In this document: piece after piece, positions 27,657 through 36,148 of the stretch
Position numbering within the stretch: the stretch's first letter is position 1
Layout of the letters: each line of letters starts with the position of its first letter
Assembly (NCBI GenBank): GCA_963809895.1
Contig: CAWELD010000010.1
Location: 736,001-800,000, forward strand
Direction of reading: 5' to 3'
Length of the DNA: 64,000 nt
Source: an uncultured Gemmatimonadales bacterium
Lineage (GTDB): Bacteria; Gemmatimonadota; Gemmatimonadetes; Longimicrobiales; Gaopeijiaceae
Made by a program: the position numbers and the translations under genes
The notes under the pieces: model-generated
Told to the model about the DNA's origin: nothing
What the model saw: only the letters and a program-made list of their open reading frames with translations
Database searches by the model: none

Positions 27657-28778
27657 ATGGACATCCACTCGCTTCGCCTCGATGCCGGATCCGCCGGCCA
27701 GGCACGCCTATCCGCCATCGTCGGATCGCGGGAGGTCTGGTTCGACGTCACCGGGGCGCCCTTCGGTCTACGGGCCTCGTACGACCCGTTCGTGGTGGGG
27801 GGCTTCGCGCTCGCCATGGAATCGGGCGAGGAGCTCCGGGTCGCCGGCGACGCGCCCGTCTCGCCGGGGCTGGTGGAGAACCTGGCCAGCGCCATGGACA
27901 TCTGCGCCGCCTGGTGGCCGGAGCATCTCACCCGTGTCCAGATCCGCGCGGAGCGGATGGAAGACGGCGACCCCGCGCCGGCGGGCTCGGTGGGATGCTT
28001 CTTCAGCGGCGGAGCCGACAGCCTCTACTCGTTCATCGTGAACCGGGAGGCGGTCACCCACCTCGTCCTGTGCCGCGGACTCGACATCCCCCCGGACGAG
28101 GAGGAGCGTTGGCGGCAGACCGAGGCGTCGGTGCGCGCCGTGGCCGAGGCGCACCATAAGCGGCTGATCCTGGTGGACACCAATGCCAAGACGGCTCTCC
28201 AGACCCCGGTGGCGGCGGACAACCACGGCGCGGTGCTGGTGAGCACCGGACTGGGGCTCGGCCTCGAGACGTTGCTGGTGCCGGCGAGCCACGCCTGGGA
28301 CTTCTACCAGCGGTGGGGAAGCCACCCGCTCCTGGATCCCCTTTTCGGCAACGGCACGACCCGCGTCGTGCACGATCACCCGGCGCCGCGCTCCACCAAG
28401 ATGGAAGCCATCGTGCGCACGGGGATCGGGCTGGACAGCCTGCGCGTGTGCAACGTGCAGACGCTCTTCAATTGCGGCCGCTGCGAGAAGTGCCTGCGCA
28501 CCCGGGTCATGCTCACGCTGCTGGGCGCTCGCGCCGAGGGTCTGGAGCCGCTGCGGGACGCCGCCGAGCTACGCCAGGTGCGGGTCTACGACGACTCGCA
28601 GGTCAGCTACTGGGAGGAGAACGCGGCCTACGCACGCGCCATGGGGCGGGACGACATCGCCCGGGAGTGCGCCAGGATCGTGCGCAGCTACCGCGTGCGC
28701 GTCGCCCTTCGCACGCTGGACCGGGAGGTGGGCGGAGGGATGCTGGGGAGGCTGAAGCGCACACTGGGGCGCGACTGA
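27657..28778 (+). CDS. Uncharacterised PP-loop (QueC-like) protein with C-terminal Cys cluster
   Basis: FFSGGADS nucleotide-binding loop; WGSHPLLDP; LRVC...NCGRCEKCLRT. Confidence 0.78.
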   Translation: MDIHSLRLDAGSAGQARLSAIVGSREVWFDVTGAPFGLRASYDPFVVGGFALAMESGEELRVAGDAPVSPGLVENLASAMDICAAWWPEHLTRVQIRAERMEDGDPAPAGSVGCFFSGGADSLYSFIVNREAVTHLVLCRGLDIPPDEEERWRQTEASVRAVAEAHHKRLILVDTNAKTALQTPVAADNHGAVLVSTGLGLGLETLLVPASHAWDFYQRWGSHPLLDPLFGNGTTRVVHDHPAPRSTKMEAIVRTGIGLDSLRVCNVQTLFNCGRCEKCLRTRVMLTLLGARAEGLEPLRDAAELRQVRVYDDSQVSYWEENAAYARAMGRDDIARECARIVRSYRVRVALRTLDREVGGGMLGRLKRTLGRD

Positions 28779-28905
28779 GTTTGACCATGCCCCCTGCGGG
28801 CCACCCGGGAGGGTGAAACGTGAGAGGGCGCGGATGCCATGGGTTGGGAGGAGCCCCCCGGAGATCTCGGCCCGCCGCAGGCGGCCCGTCAGGGGGCGCG
28901 CGCCG

Positions 28906-29083
28906 CCTGGGGTTTGCGGCCAGGGACGACAGGCGCGGGCGTGAGGGCTGCAAAGGCCATGATTATCCTGGTGTTCGCAGCCACGAGTGCGCCGGCGGCG
29001 GTCCAGGGCTGCGGACGCCGCGACAGTCATGGTGTTCGCAGCCGACTCTTCGGCCCCGCCCTTCGGCGGCTGCGATCCCCATG
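28906..29083. repeat. 61-nt-period array of inverted 16-nt arms (REPIN/BIME-like)
   Basis: R arms at 28906, 28967, 29028 (CCTGGGGTTTGCGGCC, CCTGGTGTTCGCAGCC, CATGGTGTTCGCAGCC). L arms at 28946, 29007, 29068 (GGCTGCAAAGGCCATG, GGCTGCGGACGCCGCG, GGCTGCGATCCCCATG). Unique 24-nt spacers. Confidence 0.8.
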
Positions 29084-29228
29084 TTCGCGCGCCTCGCTCC
29101 GATCAATCGAGTCGCCGGAGTCGCCGGTCTCGCGGACGGCTCGAAGCTCCGACCACCAGAAGCCCGCTCGCCGCCTCATTCATCGCCTCCACGAGCTCGG
29201 CCTCTACATGGATGGCCGGACCCGAGCC

Positions 29229-30707
29229 TCAGAACACGGGACCCACGGCCTGGCGCGCCTCGTCCAGCTCCGCCACCGCGTCGGCGTCGGGGCTGGTGAG
29301 CAGGCTCACCACCACGATGGCGGCGAAGCCCGCGGCGAAACCCGGGATCATCTCGTACAGGTCGTAGAAGCGCTCCTTGAAGGCCAGCACCCAGACGACG
29401 GTGGTGGTGAAGCCCGCCACCATGCCCGCGATGGCGCCCGCCCGGGTCGTCCGCCTCCAGAAGAGCGAGCACAGCACCACCGGGGTGAAGGCCGCCGCGA
29501 TTCCGGACCAGGCGAAGAGCACGAACCAGAAGATCATGCGGGGCTCGCTCAGGGCCAGGGCCAGCCCCACCGCCCCGATGGCCACCGTCACGCCCTTGCC
29601 CAGCAGCGACAGCCGTCGTTGCTCGGCCTCGGGGTCGAAGATGTTCTGCACGACGTCGCGCACCACGGCCGACGAGGCCAGGATGAGAAGCGAGTCCACG
29701 GTGGACATGATCGCCGCCAGGACCACCACCAGGAAGATCCCCGTGAAGAAGGCGGGAAAGAGCAGGTCGCTCATCTGGGGCAGCACCGTTTCCGGGTCGG
29801 CCAGGCCCGGAAAGAGCACCCGCCCGGCCATGCCGCTGAAGACGGCCCCCACGTCGAAGCCGATGACGCACAGCACGGCCCACAGCCCGCCGTCTTCGAT
29901 CTCGCGCTGGTCCCGGGCCGCCATGAAGCGCACCAGGAGCTGGGGTGAGCCGAGAAAGGCGAAGCCGATGGCCACGAAGCCCAGGGCGCTGGCCACGCCG
30001 GCCACGGACAGGCCGAAGGACCCCATGGGCCGGAGCAGAGCCGGGTCGGCCGACCCGAGGGTCTCCATGACCCCTGTGAAGCCCCCGGCGGCGGGGATGG
30101 CCACGATGGGCAGTGTCACCAGGCAGCCCAGCATGAGCACGCCCTGCAGCAGATCCGAATAAGCGACGGCCTTGAATCCCCCCACCGTCGTGTAGAACAG
30201 CACGATGGCGAGCCCGATCCAGACCCCGGCCGTGTAGCCCGTGTGCAGGAAGGTGTCGAAAGCCTTGCCCGACGCCGTGAGCTGGGCCGCCGTGTAGGCC
30301 ATGACCATGCTCAGGATGATGACGGCGGAGAGGATCCGAAAGACGTGGCGGGTATCGCGAAACCGCGCCGTAAGGTAGTCGGGGACGGTGATGGCGTCGT
30401 AGCGGTCGGTGAGCGCCTTGAAGGGCCGCGCCACGAACACCCAGGCCGTGGCCACGCCCAGCACCTCGCCCAGGATCACCCAGAAGGCGTGCACGCCGAT
30501 GGCGTAGCCCATGCCGGTGAGCCCGAGCAGGAGCCACGCGCTCTCGCCGGTGGCGTTGGAGCTGAAGGCGATCACCCACGACGGCAGCCGTTTGCCCGCC
30601 AGGAAGTAGCCCTTCACGTCGCCGGAGTCGCGGCTGCCCCAGATGCCGATGGCCAGGAGCAGCACCAGGTAGCCCACCAGGACCGCGATGATGACCCCGG
30701 AGGTCAC
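29229..30707 (-). CDS. putP: Sodium/proline (SSS family) symporter
   Basis: YFLAGK, SSNATGESAWLLLGLTG, GGFKAVAYSD, LAAIMSTVDS; about 13 TM segments. Confidence 0.88.
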   Translation of the reverse strand: MTSGVIIAVLVGYLVLLLAIGIWGSRDSGDVKGYFLAGKRLPSWVIAFSSNATGESAWLLLGLTGMGYAIGVHAFWVILGEVLGVATAWVFVARPFKALTDRYDAITVPDYLTARFRDTRHVFRILSAVIILSMVMAYTAAQLTASGKAFDTFLHTGYTAGVWIGLAIVLFYTTVGGFKAVAYSDLLQGVLMLGCLVTLPIVAIPAAGGFTGVMETLGSADPALLRPMGSFGLSVAGVASALGFVAIGFAFLGSPQLLVRFMAARDQREIEDGGLWAVLCVIGFDVGAVFSGMAGRVLFPGLADPETVLPQMSDLLFPAFFTGIFLVVVLAAIMSTVDSLLILASSAVVRDVVQNIFDPEAEQRRLSLLGKGVTVAIGAVGLALALSEPRMIFWFVLFAWSGIAAAFTPVVLCSLFWRRTTRAGAIAGMVAGFTTTVVWVLAFKERFYDLYEMIPGFAAGFAAIVVVSLLTSPDADAVAELDEARQAVGPVF

Positions 30708-30847
30708 GGTCGGCCTCCCTGCGACCCGGGCCCCGGCCGCCTGCGATCACGGCGGCGGGCACGGTAGAAGGAGAGCTCCAGCGACAGGCCCAGGCCCACC
30801 GCCACCACCAGGAGCAGCCACGAGATCAGGGGGAGGCCGAAGAGCAT
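30704..30847 (-). CDS. Small single-TM protein coupled to the symporter
   Basis: MLFGLPLISWLLLVVAVGLGLSLELSFYRARRR; stop overlaps the putP start (GTGA). Confidence 0.65.
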   Translation of the reverse strand: MLFGLPLISWLLLVVAVGLGLSLELSFYRARRRDRRRPGPGSQGGRP

Positions 30848-30990
30848 GGCGCGGTCCCGGCGAGAGGGAAGGGGGCCGGCGGACCGCAGCGCGCCGGCGG
30901 ACTCCGGCGACCAAGGTTCGGCCGCCGCCCCCACCGTGCAAGCCTGCCCTCGGTCAGCCCGCCCGGACGGGGACGGGTCCTGTCGCCCCA

Positions 30991-31010
30991 AACCCTGACA
31001 GCTTTCTGAC
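30991..31010 (+). promoter_or_regulatory. Candidate OmpR-family direct-repeat box
   Basis: CTGAC at 30995 and 31006 (11-bp spacing); AACCCTGACA recurs at 33453. Confidence 0.45.
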
Positions 31011-31051
31011 GTCGGACAGGTGCCGGTGCCGCGGGTGCGCGATAAACTTCA

Positions 31052-32737
31052 GTGACCATGCGCGTCCCCTTCCTCTCCCGTGCCCCGGGCTCCGGGAGCG
31101 CCGCGGTGGCCGGAGTCCTGGTCCTGACCGTGGGGCTCACGGCCGTGTTGGGATACCAGGCCGTGACGGCGCACCGCTCCCACCGGGAGGTGGCCGAAAA
31201 GACCCTTCGAGAGCAGGCCCAGGTCGCGGCGTGGGTCCTGGGGGGCGCCAGCGAGCGAGCGCTTCACGGGGGGTTCTTCCTGCCCGGTCTGGACATCGTG
31301 GCCAAGCTCGGCGGCAAAGAGCCGACGCGCGCCTTCGCGGTGGCGTCCGAGCTGGACCAGGTGAACAGCGAGCGGTCATGGTGCTGGCCCGAGTGCGTCC
31401 GGCTGCTCTTCCGCATGAGCGCGCGGGGTGACGTCCTGGACGCGGTGCGCCCCGATTCCCTGGGGCGCCCCGTCGCGTTGGCACCGGACGACCCGGAATT
31501 GACCGAGGCCCTCGGTGACGTGCGCGCGAAGGCCGCCGACGGGCTGGACTTCCACTGGGACCTGGCGGTGCGCTACCTGCCCGACGGCCGGGTCCTGGCC
31601 TGGCGACGGTATCATCGCAGCGACGGTACGGGTCTCTACTACGGCTTCGTCGCGCGCGACCTGGAAGTCCGGGAGATCCTGACCGGGCTGTTCGCGGACA
31701 CCCCGTTGCTGCCTCCGGCGCTCACGGGCAAGACCCCGAACGCCGAGCTCCTGTCGGCGCGCCTGGACGCTCCCGGCGCGCCGGCGCCGCTCCTGGATTC
31801 CGATCCGGGACACACGTCGCCGTTCTCGGCCGCGTACGCCCTGGCGCCGGCCTTCGGCGGGATGCGAGCCGAGGTGGCGCTGCGGGAATCGGCGGCGCCG
31901 GCTCTGGTCATCGGGGGCCTGCCCGCCAGCCGGCTTCCCCTCATCCTGGGCCTGCTGGCGCTCACCGTGGCGCTGTTGGGCATCTCGATCCTCCAGATTC
32001 GTCGCGAGGGGGAGCTGGCGCGCCTGAGGGCGGACTTCGTCTCCGGCGTCTCGCACGAGCTGCGCACCCCGCTGGCGCAGATCCGCATGTTCTCGGAGAC
32101 GCTGGCCCTGGGGCGCATTCGCGACGAAGGCGAGCGGGACCGCTCGCTGGGGATCCTGGTCAACGAAACGCGCCGCCTCACCCACGTCGTCGACAACGTC
32201 CTCCTGTTCTCACGCTCGGAGCGGAGCGGCATGCGCCTCCAGCGTGAGGACACGGACCTGTCGGCGCTGGTGCGAGAGGTCTCCGCCGGCTTCGAGCCAC
32301 TGGCCGCCGCGGCCCGGCAGCGTCTGGAGGCCGAGGTCACGGAAGGCGTTGCCGGTCGGCTGGACGGCGGCGCGCTGCGCCAGGCGATCCTGAACCTCCT
32401 GGACAACGCCGTGAAGTACGGGCCGCCGGGGCAGACGGTGGTGGTGGGGTTGGGGCGGGCACCGGGGGGTCGGGCGCTGCTGTGGGTGGAGGACGAGGGG
32501 CCCGGGATCCGGCCGGATCGGCGCGAACGGGTGTGGGAGCCCTACTTCCGCATGGAGGCCCACCGGGAGTCGGCCACCGCGGGCTCGGGCATCGGGCTGG
32601 CCGTCGTGCGTACGGTAGTGGAGGGCCACGGAGGCCGGGCCCGGGTGGAGGAAGGCCGGACGGGGGGCGCGCGCTTCGTGCTCGAGCTCGTGCTCGACCC
32701 CGAGACGTCGGCGGAGGTGGAACGGGAGAGGGAGTGA
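31052..32737 (+). CDS. Membrane sensor histidine kinase
   Basis: Two TMs; VSHELRTPL (H box), NLLDNAVKY, DEGPGI, GSGIGL. Confidence 0.93.
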   Translation: MTMRVPFLSRAPGSGSAAVAGVLVLTVGLTAVLGYQAVTAHRSHREVAEKTLREQAQVAAWVLGGASERALHGGFFLPGLDIVAKLGGKEPTRAFAVASELDQVNSERSWCWPECVRLLFRMSARGDVLDAVRPDSLGRPVALAPDDPELTEALGDVRAKAADGLDFHWDLAVRYLPDGRVLAWRRYHRSDGTGLYYGFVARDLEVREILTGLFADTPLLPPALTGKTPNAELLSARLDAPGAPAPLLDSDPGHTSPFSAAYALAPAFGGMRAEVALRESAAPALVIGGLPASRLPLILGLLALTVALLGISILQIRREGELARLRADFVSGVSHELRTPLAQIRMFSETLALGRIRDEGERDRSLGILVNETRRLTHVVDNVLLFSRSERSGMRLQREDTDLSALVREVSAGFEPLAAAARQRLEAEVTEGVAGRLDGGALRQAILNLLDNAVKYGPPGQTVVVGLGRAPGGRALLWVEDEGPGIRPDRRERVWEPYFRMEAHRESATAGSGIGLAVVRTVVEGHGGRARVEEGRTGGARFVLELVLDPETSAEVERERE

Positions 32738-33432
32738 TGGCGAGGATTCTGGTGGTGGAGGACAACGCGGACCTGGCCTACGGGCTCCGCAACAACCTGG
32801 AGATCGACGGCCACGACGTGATGGTGGCGGAGGACGGGCGCGAGGGATTGGATCGGGCCCGGACCTCGGCGCCGGATCTCGTCATCCTGGATCTGATGCT
32901 CCCCGAGCTCGACGGGTACCGCGTGCTCCGGACCCTCCGGGGCGAGCACCGCGACGTGCCGGTTCTCATCCTCACCGCTCGGGGCGAGGAGGCCGACAAG
33001 GTCATGGGCTTCCGCCTGGGCGCCGACGACTACGTCACGAAGCCCTTCGGCCTGCTGGAGCTCCTGGCCCGGGTCGAGGCGCTGCTGCGCAGGGCCGGAT
33101 GGAGCGACGACGACCAGCGCCCGACCGAGCGTTTCGCCGACGTGGTGGTGGACCCGGCCGCCCGCACCGTCGTGCGCGACGGCACGGAGATCGCCCTGAC
33201 CCCCAAGGAGTTCGACCTGCTGGTGGCCCTCATGCGCCGGGGCGGCGCGGTGGCGTCGCGCGCGGCACTTCTGAAGGAGGTCTGGGGACACCGGGCTCCG
33301 GTGAGCTCGCGCACGGTGGACACGCACGTGGCCGAGCTACGGCGCAAGGTCGAGCCCGAGCCCTCGGCGCCCCGCTACATCCTCACCGTTCCAAAGGCGG
33401 GATACCGCTTCCGCGGCGACTGCGACACCTGA
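32737..33432 (+). CDS. OmpR-family response regulator
   Basis: VVED, ILDLMLP, DYVTKPF, LTPKEFDLL, RTVDTHVAELR; TGATG coupling to the kinase. Confidence 0.94.
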   Translation: MARILVVEDNADLAYGLRNNLEIDGHDVMVAEDGREGLDRARTSAPDLVILDLMLPELDGYRVLRTLRGEHRDVPVLILTARGEEADKVMGFRLGADDYVTKPFGLLELLARVEALLRRAGWSDDDQRPTERFADVVVDPAARTVVRDGTEIALTPKEFDLLVALMRRGGAVASRAALLKEVWGHRAPVSSRTVDTHVAELRRKVEPEPSAPRYILTVPKAGYRFRGDCDT

Positions 33433-33444
33433 CCTGGATCACTT

Positions 33445-33462
33445 CCTCACCGAACCCTGACA
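33445..33462 (+). promoter_or_regulatory. Candidate OmpR-family direct-repeat box
   Basis: CTCAC at 33446 and CTGAC at 33457 (11-bp spacing) upstream of the DUF5916 gene. Confidence 0.45.
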
Positions 33463-33547
33463 CGGCCCGCACGGCGGGCGGACCAGCGGTCGTCCGACCT
33501 TGGCGAGCTTTGGGCTGGAACCCATCGCTCCCGCTCCGGAGGACACC

Positions 33548-35800
33548 GTGCTCGCCCGGATCTCGCTCCCCCTCCTCGCCTGTGCCGCGCTTCTCGCCCC
33601 CCCGGAGCTGCACGCGCAGCGAGGAGGGGGGATGCCCATTGCCGCGCCTCGGGGCGCCCTGGCCAGCGACCCCTTCTCCGACGGCCTGCCGCGGTTGGAC
33701 CACGCGGTCCGGCTCGACGGGCGCGTCGACAGCGACGAGTGGGGTGACGTGCCCATCCTTCCCGTCGTGCAGCAGTGGCCCGCCTTCGGGACCGATCGCA
33801 CCGGACGTACGCGGATCCGGGTGGCCCACGACGGGCACAACCTGTGGATCGCGGGAGAGTTTCTGGACGCGCCGGGCGACGTGCGGGCGCAGAGCCTGCA
33901 GCGGGACCGCTGGAACGGAGACGATGCGCTGGACGTGCTGGTGGACGGCAGCAACGACGACGCCACCGGACTCTTCTTCTCGGTGACGCCGCTGGGGGTG
34001 CGGCTCGACACCGAGGTGCGGAACGACGCCGGCACCACCGCGGGCATCCAGGCCCTGAACCCGGAGTGGAACGCACACTGGGATGCTCGCAGCGTGCGCA
34101 CCGATCAGGGGTGGTCCACCGAGATGCGCATCCCGTTGGACGTGCTGGGCGTGCAGCCCCGCGACGGGCGGGTGACGGTGGGACTCCTCGTCTCGCGGTT
34201 GCTGGCCCGTACTCCGGAGCGAGACGTCTACCCGGCGGTACCGCCGGACTGGCCCCGGGCGCACCTCAAGCCCTCGAAGGCCAGAGACGTGGAGCTCGAC
34301 GGGGTGGAGGTAAGACGCCCCTTCTACGTGACGCCCTATGTGCTCACCGGCCTCGACCGCACGAGGGATCCGTCGGTTCAAGCGCCCGTGGCGCCGACCA
34401 CCGAGACGCCGTTCCAGGTCGGCGGCGACGTGCGGATCGGGTTGGGTCCCGGTGTGACGCTGGACCTGACCGCCAACATGGACTTCGCACAGGCCGAGTC
34501 CGACGAGCTGCAGGTGAATCTGGGCCAGTACAACCTGTTCTATCCCGAAAAACGCCAGTTCTTCCAGGAGCGCTCCGCGACCTTCGAGTCCTCCATGGGC
34601 TCCGAGATCCGCCTCTTCCACTCCCGGACCATCGGCCTCGCCGACGACGGCAGCCCGCGGCGTGTCCTGGGCGGCGCCCGCGTGGCCGGCGTCGCCGGAC
34701 CCTGGGACTTCGGCGCCCTGAGCCTGCAGGTGCAGGGAAGTCCCGAGGTGCTGGGCGAGAACGATGCGGTGGCGCGCGTGCGCCGCACCCTGCCCGACGG
34801 CCGCTCCAGCGTCGGGGGGCTGGTGACGGCGAGGCTCCTGGAGAGGGGCGATGCCGACGCCACGGTGGGCGTGGACGGGCTGGTGAGCCTCGGAGGCGAC
34901 GACTGGCTGACCGTCCAGGGCGCCTGGGTGAGCGAGCCTGCGGCAGCCGACACCGCCGTGGACGATCGCACCGCGATCCGCATCGCCTGGGAGCGCCGCC
35001 GCACGGCGGGACTGGGGTGGGCGGTGGAGGCGGTGCGCGCCGGAAACGGGTTTCGACCGGCCATGGGATTCCTGGCCCGGGAAGCCTTCACCAGCCTGGT
35101 TTCGCTGGTCTCGTACGATTGGCTCGGCGAGGGCCGGGTGAGCCGGGTGCGGGGCATGCTCCGGACCCAGGGCTACTGGCGGACCGGCGACGGTAGCCTG
35201 GAGGCCGCGCTCCAGCGCTTCCGCACCCAGGTGACCTTCCGGAACGGGCTGTTCTGGAACCTCGCCGTGAACCTCTTCGTGGAGGACCTCGCCCGTCCGC
35301 TGGAGCTGCCGGGAGCCACGGTGCCCGCCGGGCGGTACCGGGCAGTGGACGTGTACACCAACGTCTTCCTGAACGAGGCTCAGCGTTGGAGTGGAGAGGC
35401 GGTGCTCTTCGGCGGCCGGGTCTTCGACGGATGGCGCACCGAGCTCACCCTGAGCCCGAAGCTGAACCTGCCTCCGCACGTTTCGCTGGGCCCGCAGCTC
35501 TCGCTGAACCGTCTGTTCTTCCCGACTCGTCACCAGACCGTGGTGGCGGACGCGCTGGGGCTGCGGGCGACGCTGGCCCTCGACACCCGCTGGAGTCTCG
35601 ATGGCGTCGTCCAGTACAACCGTGCGGTGGAGCGTGTCGTGGGCAACGCCCGCCTGAGGGCGCACCTCGGGGAGGGGCGTGACGTCTACCTCGTCTACGA
35701 CGGAGTGCGGGACCTGGGCAGCCTGGCCGCGGACGACCTGGGGCTCGGCCGGAACGACGCTCGACTGCTCGTGAAGGCCACCTGGAGCATCGGTCGCTGA
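33548..35800 (+). CDS. CBM9-like + DUF5916 outer-membrane protein
   Basis: Signal peptide; LDGRVD..EW; GWSTEMRIP; DLTANMDFAQAESD; LFYPEKRQFFQE; LFHSRTIG; barrel-like C-terminus. Confidence 0.85.
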   Translation: MLARISLPLLACAALLAPPELHAQRGGGMPIAAPRGALASDPFSDGLPRLDHAVRLDGRVDSDEWGDVPILPVVQQWPAFGTDRTGRTRIRVAHDGHNLWIAGEFLDAPGDVRAQSLQRDRWNGDDALDVLVDGSNDDATGLFFSVTPLGVRLDTEVRNDAGTTAGIQALNPEWNAHWDARSVRTDQGWSTEMRIPLDVLGVQPRDGRVTVGLLVSRLLARTPERDVYPAVPPDWPRAHLKPSKARDVELDGVEVRRPFYVTPYVLTGLDRTRDPSVQAPVAPTTETPFQVGGDVRIGLGPGVTLDLTANMDFAQAESDELQVNLGQYNLFYPEKRQFFQERSATFESSMGSEIRLFHSRTIGLADDGSPRRVLGGARVAGVAGPWDFGALSLQVQGSPEVLGENDAVARVRRTLPDGRSSVGGLVTARLLERGDADATVGVDGLVSLGGDDWLTVQGAWVSEPAAADTAVDDRTAIRIAWERRRTAGLGWAVEAVRAGNGFRPAMGFLAREAFTSLVSLVSYDWLGEGRVSRVRGMLRTQGYWRTGDGSLEAALQRFRTQVTFRNGLFWNLAVNLFVEDLARPLELPGATVPAGRYRAVDVYTNVFLNEAQRWSGEAVLFGGRVFDGWRTELTLSPKLNLPPHVSLGPQLSLNRLFFPTRHQTVVADALGLRATLALDTRWSLDGVVQYNRAVERVVGNARLRAHLGEGRDVYLVYDGVRDLGSLAADDLGLGRNDARLLVKATWSIGR

Positions 35801-35818
35801 ATCCCCGTACATTTAGGC

Positions 35819-36127
35819 ATGTCCAACCACGATGCGGAGCTCATGGGTGTGCGCGGCCGGGGATATGCCGTGGTGGAGTCCCTCGCCTCGCTGGGCAAGG
35901 GCCGCCGCCTGACGGGCCTCTTCCTGGTGGAGGACTCACGGGCCCACGACTTCGCGCGGGCCCGTGACAGCCGCGATCGGGTCGAGTTCCACGGCGTGGT
36001 GCATCATCGCCACCGCTCGGCCACGGCCCGTCTGCTGGTGGAGGTCACGGGCGTGCATCCGGAAGACGACCAGCGGGCCCGCATCGAATTCAGCTCCTGG
36101 GACGTTCCCTACGACGTGGCCGGCTGA
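35819..36127 (+). CDS. Hypothetical protein
   Basis: Only ORF filling the gap; codon bias consistent; no recognisable motif. Confidence 0.55.
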   Translation: MSNHDAELMGVRGRGYAVVESLASLGKGRRLTGLFLVEDSRAHDFARARDSRDRVEFHGVVHHRHRSATARLLVEVTGVHPEDDQRARIEFSSWDVPYDVAG

Positions 36128-36148
36128 GCCCGGGCGCCACCTGCCCCG

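Noticed and set aside
28906..29083. Canonical CRISPR array (the 61-nt period equals type I-E, and the arms contain GTGTTC)
   Set aside because: Repeats are degenerate, geometry is 37+24 rather than 29+32, the array starts and ends on half-repeats, and there are no cas genes or AT-rich leader in the window.
29150..29220. Fragment KPARRLIHRLHELGLYMD, faintly like the end of a PIN/DUF3368 protein
   Set aside because: Too short, with no start codon or upstream domain; cannot be supported without a search.
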